From Spironucleus salmonicida (lineage: Eukaryota), in assembly GCF_000497125.1 (NCBI RefSeq), contig NC_090598.1:1364001-1428000 (forward strand): a stretch of 64,000 bases of DNA, given 5' to 3'. Position numbers and translations under genes: made by a program. How positions within the stretch are numbered: the first letter of the stretch is position 1; the number at the start of each line of letters is the position of its first letter. The notes beneath the pieces were generated by a model. The model did not search any database. It worked only from the letters and a program-made list of their open reading frames with translations, and had not been told where the DNA came from. Below are positions 1 to 12,913 of this stretch, piece by piece.

Positions 1-2
1 TA

Positions 3-2249
3 TCAGTTTTATTCTTTTACTAATAATTTGTTTTAGTTTATATACATTTTAGATAGAAAACATTTAAAAGAGTTATTCCTTAAAACTTTGTAGTTATGCT
101 TAGCAACTTACCTCCAGATGTTGACAAATATGATGAACTTAAAACTATGATAGATCCAATATCTCAAGGAGTAATGAAAATATTACCTATACCACCTAAT
201 TCAAGATAATTAACTTTAAAGGCAAATAAGCTTAAAAGTATTTCAAGGAAAATCATATAGATGAAATATCATTAATAAAAATTATCTAGTTAGATTTTAG
301 AAGCTAAGGCAAGATATCACCTTCAAAAATCTAGCGATAAGGGGTAATTCAAAAAAGAAACTCTTAAACTTATAGCAAAATTCAATAATTATGGTAAAGA
401 TATATTAAAGGAAATTCTCAAACAAAAAAAGATTAAAAAGGATATCACAATAGATTTACATAAATTAGGTATTAAAGCAGATTATTTTTAAGTTGACGGT
501 GTCTATCCTCCACATCTTCCATAATAAATTGAAGAATGTTTTATTGTATTACGTAGAAATTAAGAACCAATGTAAAATGCTTTCTAAATTGAAAAGTATC
601 TCAATACCTAACAAAAAAGATAGATTAAATAGCTTTATTTATATTCTAGTGATAATAAGGTTGAAAAAAAATAAAAAATTGGATCATATGCTTTTTTAAT
701 TTGTAAAAGTCAGTAAATCGCAGCTGAAAAATATACAACTCTTATTGATACTGATGCTAAACGCCCTGAGGCATCTATTGCTCCAGCTGTATCTGATATA
801 AATTGGACAAATCTTTCAATTTCTACAAAATCTAGAAAGTACCGTATGTTTGGTTTTATTTTAGCACTTTTAGTTTTATTTGTGGTATATTTTTTTGTTT
901 AGGCGCTTATCATGAGAGAGTTGTAGAAAATTTCAGATGATTGGGTACTAGCGATTTATTCCGGGATATGCAGATTTAATTGTCCTACATTAACTATATA
1001 AACTTTATAGTCACAAGTACTAGGTATATGTGGTATATGTCATAAGGTATCAACTATGTTAGTAACTTTTCTTCCTACTATTGTCAATGCATTGCTTATG
1101 AGCTTATTGCCTATCTTGCTGTCTTTTACCATTGATATTTTAGGATTGGCTTCGAAATAAGACGCTAACGAATTAATGTACAATATCTTATTTCTGTTTT
1201 TAATTTTAATATAAGGAATTGTTTAAATTGTACTCCCTACTGCTATTCAGCCTGAAACAGGGTCTTTTAATATTGATTAAGTAGTCACCTTTTCAATTTC
1301 ATAGTTTTTTACATAATTAGGACAAAATCTTCCAAATTAGACATTTGTTTTCATTAATTACATTATTTCAAAATATTTCTTATTTCCAGTTATTGGTCTC
1401 TTTAATTTTCCAGTAGTAATATAAAATATTATATATAGAATTGTTTCCAAAAATGCATTAGAACTAGTGGAAAATTTGAAAAAATCAACATTCAATTATC
1501 CAAAGTAATTAGCATATATAACACATATGTTTGTTGTTGGATTTATTTTTGCAATTATTGCGCCATTCACTAACATTATTGTGCTATTTACATTTATTAT
1601 GATGGTTATTACTGATAGATACCATGTGCTTTATATTGCGGGGCCTTCTCCATCAACTGAGTTAACTCCATAATCAACTCTCATAAAATCAGTATCCTCA
1701 AACATATTTATTGGACTGATTTTTATGTAAATCAGTACGTTTGCTTTCTTACTTTAATACTAAGGAACTATTTATCTATTAGGGCTAATAGTTATTGCAG
1801 TTTGTTTTGCAGGATCTGTGGCCTATAAAATTTAATTCGATAAAAGATATAAGAGAAGCTTAATTGAATTAGCCAGAGGTAATTATATAGATAAAAGCTC
1901 TTTAACAATTAATCCAGCAAGCAACTATAATGGTTATGAAGATAATACAGAGAATATTAAGGGGCAGTCCCGATTAGAGAAAACAGCAGAGAATAAAAAT
2001 ACTAAGTAAAATTTCTTTGATAAAATTTTAAGTACTTTCTATATTGATCTCACTGATTTGCCAGTTTCTTATACCGAGTATTAAAGTCTTACTTAAATTT
2101 CAGATTAAAGTGTTGTTTTAGATACCAGTACAAATAAAGATGTTATTTCCAACTATACTTTAAATGATTAAGATGTTGATAATATTGCCTAAGCCTACTC
2201 TCATCCATCTATTGGTTATTCTATTGGAAACTAATTAAAACTAGACTGA
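3..2249 (+). CDS. CSC1/OSCA/TMEM63 (DUF221, RSN1_7TM) mechanosensitive/Ca-permeable channel, 5' partial
   Basis: Open frame under table 6 from window start to TGA 2247-2249. Motifs NFVVMLSNLPP, APAVSDINWTNL, many hydrophobic segments and C-terminal AYSHPS are typical of CSC1/RSN1 proteins. Confidence 0.8.
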
Positions 2250-2288
2250 TCTTATTAATTTATTTAATACTATATATTATCACATATA

Positions 2289-2747
2289 ATGGATAACACG
2301 CAAAGAATAAGTTATGACTAATCGTTTTCTAAATTCAATAAAGTTATAGTGTAAAAAATATCAGTAAAAAAGAAAAGTTATAACTAGGCCGTATAAACAT
2401 TCTAACCATTTTAAACCTCAATTGATCAAATAATAAATTCTCAAATAAAAATAATTGAAGAACTCTCTGAAAAATTTCCAGACGAGCCTTTTAATACTAA
2501 ATAAACACCCAAATAGATTATGAACTCTTATCAAAATCAATTTAATACAAAATAATAGACTTCTATCTGTGAACCTACATTTAATTAAAAATTTGTTCCC
2601 AAATAATATAATTCTGTTTATAATAAAACCTATACAACAACCCTAGAAGATTTTATTAGAGCTAAATAAATATCTGACATTTTAGTGCCTTCTGAGTCAA
2701 ATTATTAGAGAATCATAAAAACGTGGAGGAAAATTAATAAGAAGTGA
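2289..2747 (+). CDS. hypothetical protein (152 aa)
   Basis: ATG 2289 to TGA 2745-2747, in AGTGA context; open under table 6; no recognisable motif. Confidence 0.65.
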
Positions 2748-3200
2748 TCATTTTTTATTTTTTCCCAGTCTTTTAAACCAATCTGGAGCCTATTCATATT
2801 AATCAAATAGATACATTTAACTTTACAATCTATTACCATTTATAGAGTCGAATTTATTCATGAATTCTACAAATTTTGATCTATTTAATTCAGATTCTAT
2901 TGCTGTCATTTATAAATTTTAAAACTATTCCATATTAATATCTACTGATACAGCTGATTATCTAGTTAAACAAAGAGGTTTTCTAGTTTTTTATTTTAAG
3001 ATAAAATCTTTTGCTTCTTTATTGTTAAATTAAAGCAAATTATTAATAGGTATATTTGTAAATTTCTTTTTACATACTTGATTTTATACTGTTTTTCTAA
3101 CCTTGGAGCTAGAAAATTATTTATCAAAATAGGAATAAAGTTCAGAATTATAAACAGGCTTAGGCTGAACAGGATACTTAAATCAACTATTATGATCCAT
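2748..3200 (-). CDS. hypothetical protein or pseudogene; ORF with in-frame TGA at codon 6
   Basis: ATG at 3200 in A-rich context (AAAATAAAATG) reads MDHNS-TGA-FKYPVQPKP and is then open to TGA at 2748. The next in-frame ATG (2933) gives only 61 aa. Confidence 0.45.
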
Positions 3201-3236
3201 TTTATTTTACTACATATGTTCTAATATATAATTAAC

Positions 3237-3968
3237 TCACTTATTATCTTTTTTTATAATCCATACCGTCAGGAACTTTTACCTACCTTACCTAGAGTGT
3301 TCATAGACTTCACATTAATAATTCGTTGATTCCAACTAATTATCATTGATAAAAATATCTCTCGCATACTTTACAAATAATTTAAATATTTTTTATATGT
3401 GTAGTTTTGGAATACTTTTAGGTAGTATTTGGCAAGATTAAACTCTATTTCTACCTAAATTTTTAATTAAACGCCTATATTTCTAACCACCAATAGTTAA
3501 CCTTAATAGGTCAAAACTTGTACGGTCATAGTTTTCTCCACCCCAAGGAGGTGCCATGCAGACAAAATCAAAATTTTTCATTGAAGTTTTAAATGCATCG
3601 CCTGCAACTAAAGTCAATCTCTATTAATTAATAACATTTGCTTAAATCATTTCACAGCGTTAGCAATTGATTTCCACTGCTACGACATTAAATTATTATG
3701 TTAAAATATTTGTTAAGGCACCAGCTCCAGCAAACAATTCTAAAATATACTTCGCTTTCATCTTCTTAATTTTATCTGCAATAAATAATGAAATTTAATC
3801 AGGGTTTATCGAATAAAGCATTTCATTATCCAAAGCTAATATTCTGTCTGTAAACTAATTAAGCTATCTATAATATGAATTATTTGATAGTAGAAGATAA
3901 GAATAATGAAACTTATAATTTTTTATAATGATTTATCTTAGTAAAGAACTTTGTAAAATTCTATCCAT
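3237..3968 (-). CDS. TGS1: trimethylguanosine synthase (Tgs1/Tgs2-like cap methyltransferase), 243 aa
   Basis: Motifs YSINPDQIS, ILELFAGAGA (SAM-binding), VAVEIN, GDAF and FDFVCMAPPWGG (cf. family SPPWGG); ends in AGTGA. Confidence 0.88.
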
Positions 3969-3990
3969 TTTAAAGTGGAAATAAAAATCA

Positions 3991-4362
3991 TCACTCTTAG
4001 TAAACATACCATAAAAATAATGTTGCAACAAAATCTTTACCCTTAAAAACATCTGAAAGTAAATTATCTGTATCGGAATTCCACATTGACCTTGTTGCTA
4101 AACGCATTCCTTAACCGGCCAACTAATTTACATAACACTAGAAAACTAATTTATATCTGTGCCCTAACTTAATATCAGTGTTGTTAGATGAGTTGATTTT
4201 GTTTTATAACATTGCACAGCAGTCACGGCATTTCTAGCCAGCAGAAGTCTAATCATAAGACCATTTAGAAAACTATTCATTAAGTGTAAATGTAACCAAT
4301 TCTTTATAATTCAAAATATCTAGCTTTTATACGGGGTCAGGATTATAGAGTTGTTGATCCAT
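3991..4362 (-). CDS. Tctex-1/Tctex-2 family dynein light chain, 123 aa
   Basis: RYKLVFQCYVNQLAGQGMRLATRSMWNSDTDN matches the Tctex signature YK...GQG.R...R..W...D; ends in AGTGA. Confidence 0.88.
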
Positions 4363-4494
4363 CTTAATTTGCGGAATGTGAAAATATTTAATAATATTTA
4401 TATATTATATTATATTCTGAACTATGAATATAATGTATAATAATAATACTATAATACCTTGTATGGTCTTTAACATTCCTCTTTCCATTCCAAA

Positions 4495-6054
4495 ATGACT
4501 ACAAAGCTAGATGTCCAAAAAAATAAGCATGTAAAAGCATCAAAGATTTAAAAGCATGAATCCGACATCATGACTACTGATGAATTTAAGGATTAAATGC
4601 TTGCACCATTTTTAATAGAAAAACTATAGGAATAAGGAAAATCATTCTTAACTAAAGTATAATAAATTGCCATTTAACCTATTTTAGCAGGTAAAGATGT
4701 AGCAGTGAAGGCAAAAACTGGATCAGGCAAGTCATTGGCGTTTATTTTACCGGCTTTAGATACACTTTATAGAGCAGGTATGAAGCCAAGAAACGGTACA
4801 GGTGTTATTATAATTACACCAACAAGAGAGCTGGCTATCTAACTTTATGATATTGGAAAAGAACTTTCTCAAGGATAGATAACAGTGGGATTAGCTGTAG
4901 GTGGTACTTCGAAAGTTAAAGAAGAACAACGGTTGGTTGCTGGTGCATCATTGGTTATTGGCACTCCTGGTAGACTAAGAGATCATTTAATGAATACATA
5001 GGGCTGGAAAACTAGTAACCTATTTTAATTAATTTTAGATGAAGCAGATATGCTTTTAGACTATGGCTTTGAAGAAGAGTTAGCATCAGTTTTAAAATTA
5101 CTTCCAGCCCAGTAAACAAGATAAACATGTCTTTTTTCTGCCACTCTTTCATCTAGGGTTTTAGGAATTAAAAATTTGACACTTAAACAAGATCATTTAA
5201 AATTAGATGCTGATCCTCTTACTAAAACTAAGACTCGAATTAATTTTGAATAAGGATATATTATTTGTGCCCCTGAATTACGCTTTTTAGTATTATATAC
5301 TTTCTTAAAAAAGAAAAAATCCTAAAAAATTATGGTTTTTATGTCCACTTGTGCAGCTGTTTAATTTTATAGTGAATTTCTTAAATATGTTGGTATGGAG
5401 AGTGTGATGTCTATTCAAGGAAAGTTAAAATAATCTGATCGATTAAAAGCATATTCTTAGTTTATTGCTATAGATGCTGGAATACTAATTTGTACTAATG
5501 TAGCTGCGCGTGGGCTTGATATTCCAGAAGTTGATTATGTTGTTTAATTTGATCCTCCTGAATCAGTAGAGTCATATATCCATAGAGCTGGTAGAGCATG
5601 TAGAGGTGATAGTACTAATAAAGGTACTGGTGTGTTGTTTTTGATGGAACATGAAAGAGCATTTGTTGATGTTTTAGTTGGTGCAAGTGTTCCTATGTTA
5701 GAATTCGAATTTCCAATGAAAGCAATTTTGAATGTTTCTGAAGAGTTTAAAAGCGTTATCTCAACAAATTATTATTTACTAAAAAGTGCATAGGAAGCAT
5801 TTAAATCATTCATCGCTGCTTATGCGTCTTTGGGAATAAAATCTATTTTCGATCTAATTAAAATAGACTTGTAAAAGCTAGCATAAAGTTTCGGGCTACC
5901 ATCTGCTCCTCGCGTCGATTAGGTGATATAAATGTATAAAGCCCGAAGAAAAGCTGATGAAAGAAAATCTAGAATGTCTGATAAAAAATAGTCTAGCAAT
6001 TAATTCTAAGATAAAGACGAAATAAGTTAGGATGAAAAGGTGGATGAAAAGTGA
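4495..6054 (+). CDS. HAS1: DEAD-box RNA helicase HAS1/DDX18, 519 aa
   Basis: [49 protein letters not shown] and YIHRAGR. The PRNGTG segment and C-terminal helices are HAS1-type. Confidence 0.92.
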
Positions 6055-6101
6055 TAATTATACCATTTTATGTATAGTATTATTTCTTTTCATTTTATAA
6101 A

Positions 6102-7307
6102 ATGCTTTTTGTGGAACCTTATCCTTATGTATATGCTACATATGTTAAATAGAGATGGCTTGGAAAATCATTATTATTCATTCTTATTTAAGAATTTTCT
6201 GACTATAGTGCTGAATATTTTAATGTGGCAATGAAAAATGGAATTATTAAACTATTAAGAAGAGGAATACTTATTTCAAATTAGGAAGACATAATTATTA
6301 AAGATTTAGATATTATTATTCATTTTGTGCATAGGCATGAGTCACCGGTATTTGAGTAACCCACAATTACAGATTCTTAATTGACAATTAATAATAATAT
6401 TATATAATTAGTATATAAACCTTCTGGGATGCCTGTACATCCTTCATCACATTACTAGAAAAACTCTCTCATAAATCATATAAATGGAAAATTTATCAAC
6501 CGTCTAGATAAACTAGTTGCAGGATCTATGTTGTGCTGCAAGGATGCACAAACTGCAGAACAAGTTTCAATATTATTTTAAAATAGAGATGTTATTAAAA
6601 TTTATGTTGCACAAGTTAATAATTTGGGTAATTTAAATGGTATATATGCAGTGTTTAATAAAATTTTAGAAGGAGACTAAATAAATGAAAGAAGTTGCGA
6701 ATAAGGCGATTTTATTTTAAAATTAGAGTCTCATGAATAATACTTGTAATTAAAAGAATAAAAATATCATTCATTAAGTATAATTTAAGTTGATAACAAT
6801 TCAGCGTTGTGTTATCCAGTTACTGGTAGAACACACTAATTAAGAATACATCTTCAAGAACTAAATTGTCCAATAATAAATGATCCATTATATGGAGGAC
6901 TAAAAGAAGAATTACTAAAATAAATACATCATATTAGTCCATAGCAAACTGGGTTTGATTTTCATAAAGATGAATTCGAAGTTTTACTAAGAGAAAGATT
7001 ATCATAGATTAAAGGATTAAAATATTTAAATATTGATAACATCATGAATTAATTCAATTTTCCAGAAAATGTTAAATGTTGGTAGTGTGGTTAAATGTCA
7101 AAAGTTCAATAAACTGATTAAATTTTTAGAGAAACGAACGGCAGATATAATATTATTAATCCTTATAGTTTTATTTAGAAAAGAATAGATTTATAATGTG
7201 TATTTTATTATATTAATTATACTAAAGTATAAGGATGTCTACCTGAGTGGTTCCCAGGAAATTATGAAGTCTTATAGAAAAAATTACTAGACTTATTAAT
7301 TTAGTGA
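6102..7307 (+). CDS. RluA-family pseudouridine synthase (Pus9/Rib2-like), 401 aa
   Basis: N-terminal YATYVKQRWLGK, HRHESPV, KPSGMPVHP, INRLD (catalytic Asp), TGRTHQLRIHL, PIINDPLYGG. Confidence 0.88.
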
Positions 7308-7582
7308 AATAAAAGTTATTGGTTACAGTACTATATAGTGGTGAACATTATAATTTTTTAAGTTTTTATATTAAGATCTAGAATAAATAATTTGATATCA
7401 AGTATTATCGTATTACGGTACGATTTTTATAGAAAACTATTTATATAAGCTGTACGGTTCTATCAATAATTACATGACCAAAACTTATTCCATTTATAAT
7501 TTATTTTGATTAATTTACTATATTTTTATTGAAATACCTTTCGTTAAAGTTTATTAAATATCTAATTTTTACCACTTCTTTA

Positions 7583-8659
7583 ATGACTTAATTATCATAC
7601 TTTTAAAGAAGTGAAGATTATGGAAAGTCAACATTTTCAGCACTAGCAACTAATTTTTGTTAATCCCCTAAAATGAATGAAAAAACATCAGAACTGGTAT
7701 TTGAAAATACACCTATTTCAATATTATCATTAGATAAACAATTTCCATTAACTGTATATTAAGACGACATCCCAGCTATTATAATATCCTTAAGTGAGTG
7801 TAGCTCTATGGCACATATTCTGTAAAGGCAGGATATTCTTACTTCTCTTTCTTAGGCCTAGTTCCCAATTTAAAAATTTCTGCATGAAAAATTCCCAAAA
7901 ACTGTTAACGACTTAATCGAATGCCTGTGCGCGTAAACAGAGTTCATCAACGAAGAAGTAGGCATCCTAGACAACGATTTCCATCAAACATTCTAAAATC
8001 TTTTGAACGAGATCGCCGATCTCGATTTCAACGAATCTGAACGTAACCAGCTCATTGACGATATATACGTCCAAAAAGTCAATAGAGAATACTTTTTCGT
8101 CGAAAAGCTCTTCCAGGAACTCAAAACGAAACAATGCCTAATGTTGCCGTTTCTGCAACGCTTTGGCCACTCACCAGGCCACGTGACCACCTTGTACAAA
8201 AACTGCCCTTTTTTGCTCGGCCAGGGTGACTATTTGGTGATTAGGTAAGATTTTTCACAGCGGCTTTCATCTTTATAGCCAGCAACCGCCCATGAACTCG
8301 CAATTTCGTGCTCTGGTCAGAAGATCCTTTCTCAATCACTGAAATCGGAAAATTTGATCTTCGAGGACGTCAGAATCTGTGATTTGCAAAGCATTAAGCA
8401 GCTAACTTTCGGAAGTCAGAAAATCAAAATTTCGATTGTGGAAGGGGATTAGAAAAGCTACGAATTCGCCTGCAAGGATGTTTTTGATGCCAAATAGTAC
8501 TTTTTGATTGCAAATTTGGGCAGATTGGTGATCAACGACCAGAAGAGACTTATTCCGGGGCAATACGAAGTTTAGGGCTCTGATGTTGTCTCCGGTACCG
8601 TTACAATCGGGATGTTGAGCGACAAGAGTCCTGGAATTGTACTGATTGGTATCGATTGA
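7583..8659 (+). CDS. divergent phosphomannose isomerase type I (ManA)-like protein, probably non-catalytic, 358 aa
   Basis: Continuous table-6 ORF with a C-rich motif upstream. Spaced resemblance to PMI-I: DYGKSTFSALA (cf. YxWGK..S.VA) and MLPFLQRFGHSPGHVTTLYKNCPFLLGQGD (cf. F..FLN...L.PGEA..L.AN.PHAYL.GD). The family call is by eye only. Confidence 0.5.
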
Positions 8660-8865
8660 GATTTTTGTTATATCATTTAGACCCATAAAAATGAAGATGA
8701 GTTAAAATCATGCATTCTGGCTTGATTTCGTAGCTGCATGTACAGCATATTTACTTTATACTCTAATTAATATGTGTCTAAAAATTGCTATATTTCATGT
8801 AATTATTTTTATAAGTAATAAAATTTATATGTGAAAAGAATTAGTTTTTATCAGACCACTTCTTA

Positions 8866-10830
8866 ATGACGGAAGTAGTAAATGTATTTCCCACAGATTT
8901 TAATGAAAATTTTGAAAGATAAGCTGTTAACTCTTCGTAAACATTGAAATAACCTATATTATTGATTCCTGGAGTTTGCGGTAGCAAACTTGTTGCTAGA
9001 AATAAAATAAGTAAACAGTCCGAGTACGCGTGGATTAATACTTCATTTTTACCTTTTTCTCCGTCTTCAAAAGCAGCTGAGTATTTATGGGGGTATAATA
9101 ACGAAAATTTCGAATACGTTAGTTTTCTTAATGATTATGTTGATGTAGAAGCTATTCCTGGTGAGAAGGGTTGCGATCGTTTGTTAGATATAGGCATATT
9201 AGATGTTAAATATTTTGAAAATGTAAACATTGGTAAATACTTTGGTCCAATGATATAATACTTAGTAACTAAATTAGGATACTAGCTGGGCGTTAACCTT
9301 TTTGCTTTCTCATATGATTGGAGATAATCACCTCATATAGGTATCATTTAAGACTAGTTACATAGTCTCATTCAAGAAATTAAAAAACTAACTAGCAGTA
9401 AAATTTAAATTATTGCTCATTCTATGGGTGGTGTTATTACAGATACCTATATTAAATTGCATCCAAAAACATGGTATGAAGATATTTCAAAATTTATTGC
9501 ACTTGGTGTTCCATTTGATGGTTGTGGTGGATTATCATTAGAAGGCATTTTAATGGGATATACACTTAAGCTTCCAATTCCGAAATGTACTGCAAAGGTC
9601 ATGTAGGCTTCGTGTGGTTCAGCAGCATGTCTCCATTAGAAGAAGACTGGATACTCATCAGTTACGCCTTGTATATTCATTAAAAAATTATTTGAAGATT
9701 AAAAAAATTATGAAGATGAAGTTTAGACAAAAGAGGATTCTGGTATATTATCTAAACTCAAGCTTAAATTTAAACAACAAAAAGATGAACATTTAGTAGT
9801 TGAATTTAATGATAGTTTATATTACACCGGGGAAATACCTGATGTAGCTTTCATAATAGCTAAAAAATGTTTTGAGGAAAAAGGAACAGATTTTCGTAAT
9901 GCTAAAGAAACATATTTAAAACTTCAAAAATGTTCAAAACGAGGAGCTATTATTATAAATGGTTGGCTCAGCCCTGTTATTAACGTTACAAAGACTGCAT
10001 AGGTATTGAATACCCCGGATTAAATTTTAGAAAATGATTTTAAAAAAGGGGTGTGCAATATATAAGATCTTAACAGAACTGACTTTTCATGGGAATGTTA
10101 TTCTGTATGGTCTGATGCAGAAATGAGTGGTCGGAGGACCCATTTTTAACATAAAAATATTAAATTTAATTCAGCATAAGCAAAATTTGATGAATAAATT
10201 TATGATTTTATAAATAATACTAACGAAATTATCGTTGAAAATTCTAAGTTTAATTTAAGAGAGTATGCATCTGGATTATAATACTATAGATTATTATAGC
10301 AAACACATGAGCCTGTTCCACAAAATATTAATAGTAATTCATAAATGAATTCATGTATGTCTGGTACAAATTTTGGGTAAGTTGGACCTTGGGCTACTAT
10401 AAATACACCATAGCTGCTCGAAGAATAATCTATATTTTAGTTATTAGATTTAATTCATCCTGACGATATGTTTGAGTCATTCTTGTTTAAAGCAGACAAA
10501 CAGCTATATAATGACTTGGGAAATTCACGATCGTTACCAATAAATATTTCTGATCATTCAAATTTTAGATTTTACTCCATTTCTGGTTCAAAAGTTGACA
10601 CTCCGTTACATCTAGTATATTCAAAGCCTGTTAGAAATTATACTGAACTTCTAAATTAAAAACCAGAATATATAAATGTCGAAGGAGATGGAACAGTATT
10701 TTTAACTGGAGCATTAGGAGATGATTTTCCAGATAATGTAAGTTAACGGTATGTGTTATAGGGTGTTAAACATTTCAGTTTAATTATGGATGAGAGAGTC
10801 TGGAATTGGTTGGCGGAATGGCTTGAATGA
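8866..10830 (+). CDS. LCAT/PLA2G15-family alpha/beta-hydrolase (phospholipase/acyltransferase), 654 aa
   Basis: PILLIPGVCGSKL, FSYDWRQS, IIAHSMGG nucleophile elbow, GVPFDG, EGDGTV and a C-terminal His (VKHF). Confidence 0.9.
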
Positions 10831-10867
10831 AAAATATTATTACTTAATTTATAATTATAGCAGATAC

Positions 10868-11956
10868 TCAATCTAAACCATAACGAACATCATAGGTTTT
10901 CCTTAAACCCTATGCTTTGCTTTAGATACCAACACGTTAAGGTATTTTTGTTTCCTAATAATTAAAATCTATATCATCAATCAACACCATTTACAAAATA
11001 ACATCTAATAAACCATCATCAAGAATGCTTTCAACAAATAAAAAAGAATCCTATGAACTTATACCAACTTCTTCTAAAAAACCTTGTTTTGCTAAATGTG
11101 GTTTTCGTCTTTTAATAATTTGCTTAATTCCTTTTTTTAGTTTATCTTTGCATTATACAAAGTTATCAATTTATTTTAACAAAAAATCATAATTATATTT
11201 AACAACTTTTTCTCGTTTTTTACATTCATCATGAATATGATCCAATTATGAATTTAATCTATTAATAATAGGTGGCAACTTTCTAGTTGAAGTTTAAACT
11301 TCACTTTTCTTGTCATCTTCAATCGCTAATTACTCAGAATCAGTTTCTTCATAATATTCTGAATTTTATTAAGCTTTCCTTGGTGCATATAAAAAATCTG
11401 TTTCGATTCTTGATCTAGCTCGTTCACGTGTTTTTTCATATAATTACACTGAAAATTAAGACTTTTAAGTACGTAAAGTATTTATTGATGACGTTAACCT
11501 TTATAAATGTTCCTTATATTTAGAATTTTCATCTAATTACTTAAGTAACTTTTCTTATAAATATTTGACTGAAGACTATAGCTACTAAACATCATATGCA
11601 ATAGTTGGATCGACTTCTTACTCTAAAATATTATTCTTCAATCCATGTTTAGCAACATATAATGATTATACTTCCTGTTTAATTTCATATTTTTTGTTTT
11701 TTAAGGTTGTCTCTGTTTGCTCAATCTTTTCTTCTAGTTTAGCTTGTAAAAAATGTTTATCTCCTTTAAAGTTAAACTCTGGATCACATGTTGGTTCATA
11801 AACTTATAATTTAAATATTACATGTTATTTTTACAATTCTAATCGCTGAATTTCCCTAGTATATTTTGTAATATGCGTTTACATATCAAATTCTAATAAT
11901 TCTAATTGTGATTATAGTTAAATCCTGTGTTGAACTTTAGAAGTCGGTTTTGACAT
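10868..11956 (-). CDS. hypothetical coiled-coil-rich protein (362 aa)
   Basis: ATG 11956 to TGA 10868, open under table 6; E/K/Q/L-rich heptad-like composition. Confidence 0.7.
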
Positions 11957-12000
11957 TTTTGTAAAGATAGATATTAAATATATTAAGTAAATAACTCACT

Positions 12001-12891
12001 TCAAACAATAATAATCTATTTTCCATCTTATGCTAATTCTTCTCCTATTAAACTAAACCATTGCTCACAGTTATTTCTACTTTAAACATCTTTAAATAAT
12101 ACATTGATATGATATTTAGCAGTATCAACAAAAGTGAATGGTGGAAAGCTTATTTTATCTACATTTCCAACTTACTACAATTTTTACATTATTTCAGTTT
12201 CATCTAATGAGATTCGTAAATTATAAATTTAACATGCTCGATTTTACTAGTGATAAATCATAGTTGTAAATTATATGCTCTCTCTTTATAAAATAACTAT
12301 AGCCTAATGTATACAATCGGATTCCATAAAATACACTATAGTAGACTAAAATTTAGAAATAAAAACTGCACTAAACTAACTAAGCAATCTTTTAGCAGCC
12401 TCTATACTTGTAAAAACCTTTATTTAATGCCGTCTGACATCTTGTTCAAGGTAGCAGGCTATTTCATACGTGTTGAACAAATATAGCTTGATGGAATCTA
12501 AAGCCTTCTCAGCTGCTAAAGATGAATTAAAAAGAATATACCCAACATTCTTGATTACATAAACTGCCGCAAAACCTCTAAGGTGACAGAACATGTAATG
12601 AGCTTCCAGGGACGTCAGTTAGCAATTCAAAATTTGGATAGTTTAAAGAATAACAATTGACGTAGGTAGAGCTGGAAGAGCCTTTATATCGAATTTTGCA
12701 TCTTTTTAGCAGTGAAAATAATTATTAAGGCCGTCAACTGCGTTTAGAGCATCTTCTACCGTATCAAAATCTAAGAAAACCCTAAACGGAGAAAATATAC
12801 TGTATTTGGTGGGTTAAATTACAAGCCCTCGGCAAATTGCAGTAAGTGCATGCTCAGAAACAGGATAGTTTGAAGACAAGAAGATCCTCAT
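12001..12891 (-). CDS. protein with degenerate RRM-like domains (296 aa), intact copy
   Basis: RNP1-like segments FRVFLDFDTVEDALNAV and VGYILFNSSLAAEKALD. TGA at 12001-12003 is followed immediately by AGTGA. Confidence 0.65.
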
Positions 12892-12913
12892 TTTTAGGTA
12901 GATCGAAATTATT

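Noticed and set aside
7407-7424. Small hairpin ATCGTA-TTACGG-TACGAT in an intergenic spacer
   Set aside because: A 6-bp stem is expected by chance, and there is no other support for an ncRNA or terminator.
8690-8745. ATGA...AAAA...TGA and CATGCA/TGCATG hairpin downstream of the PMI-like gene as a SECIS element
   Set aside because: The helix between the putative quartet halves does not pair properly, and the upstream TGA behaves as a normal terminal stop.
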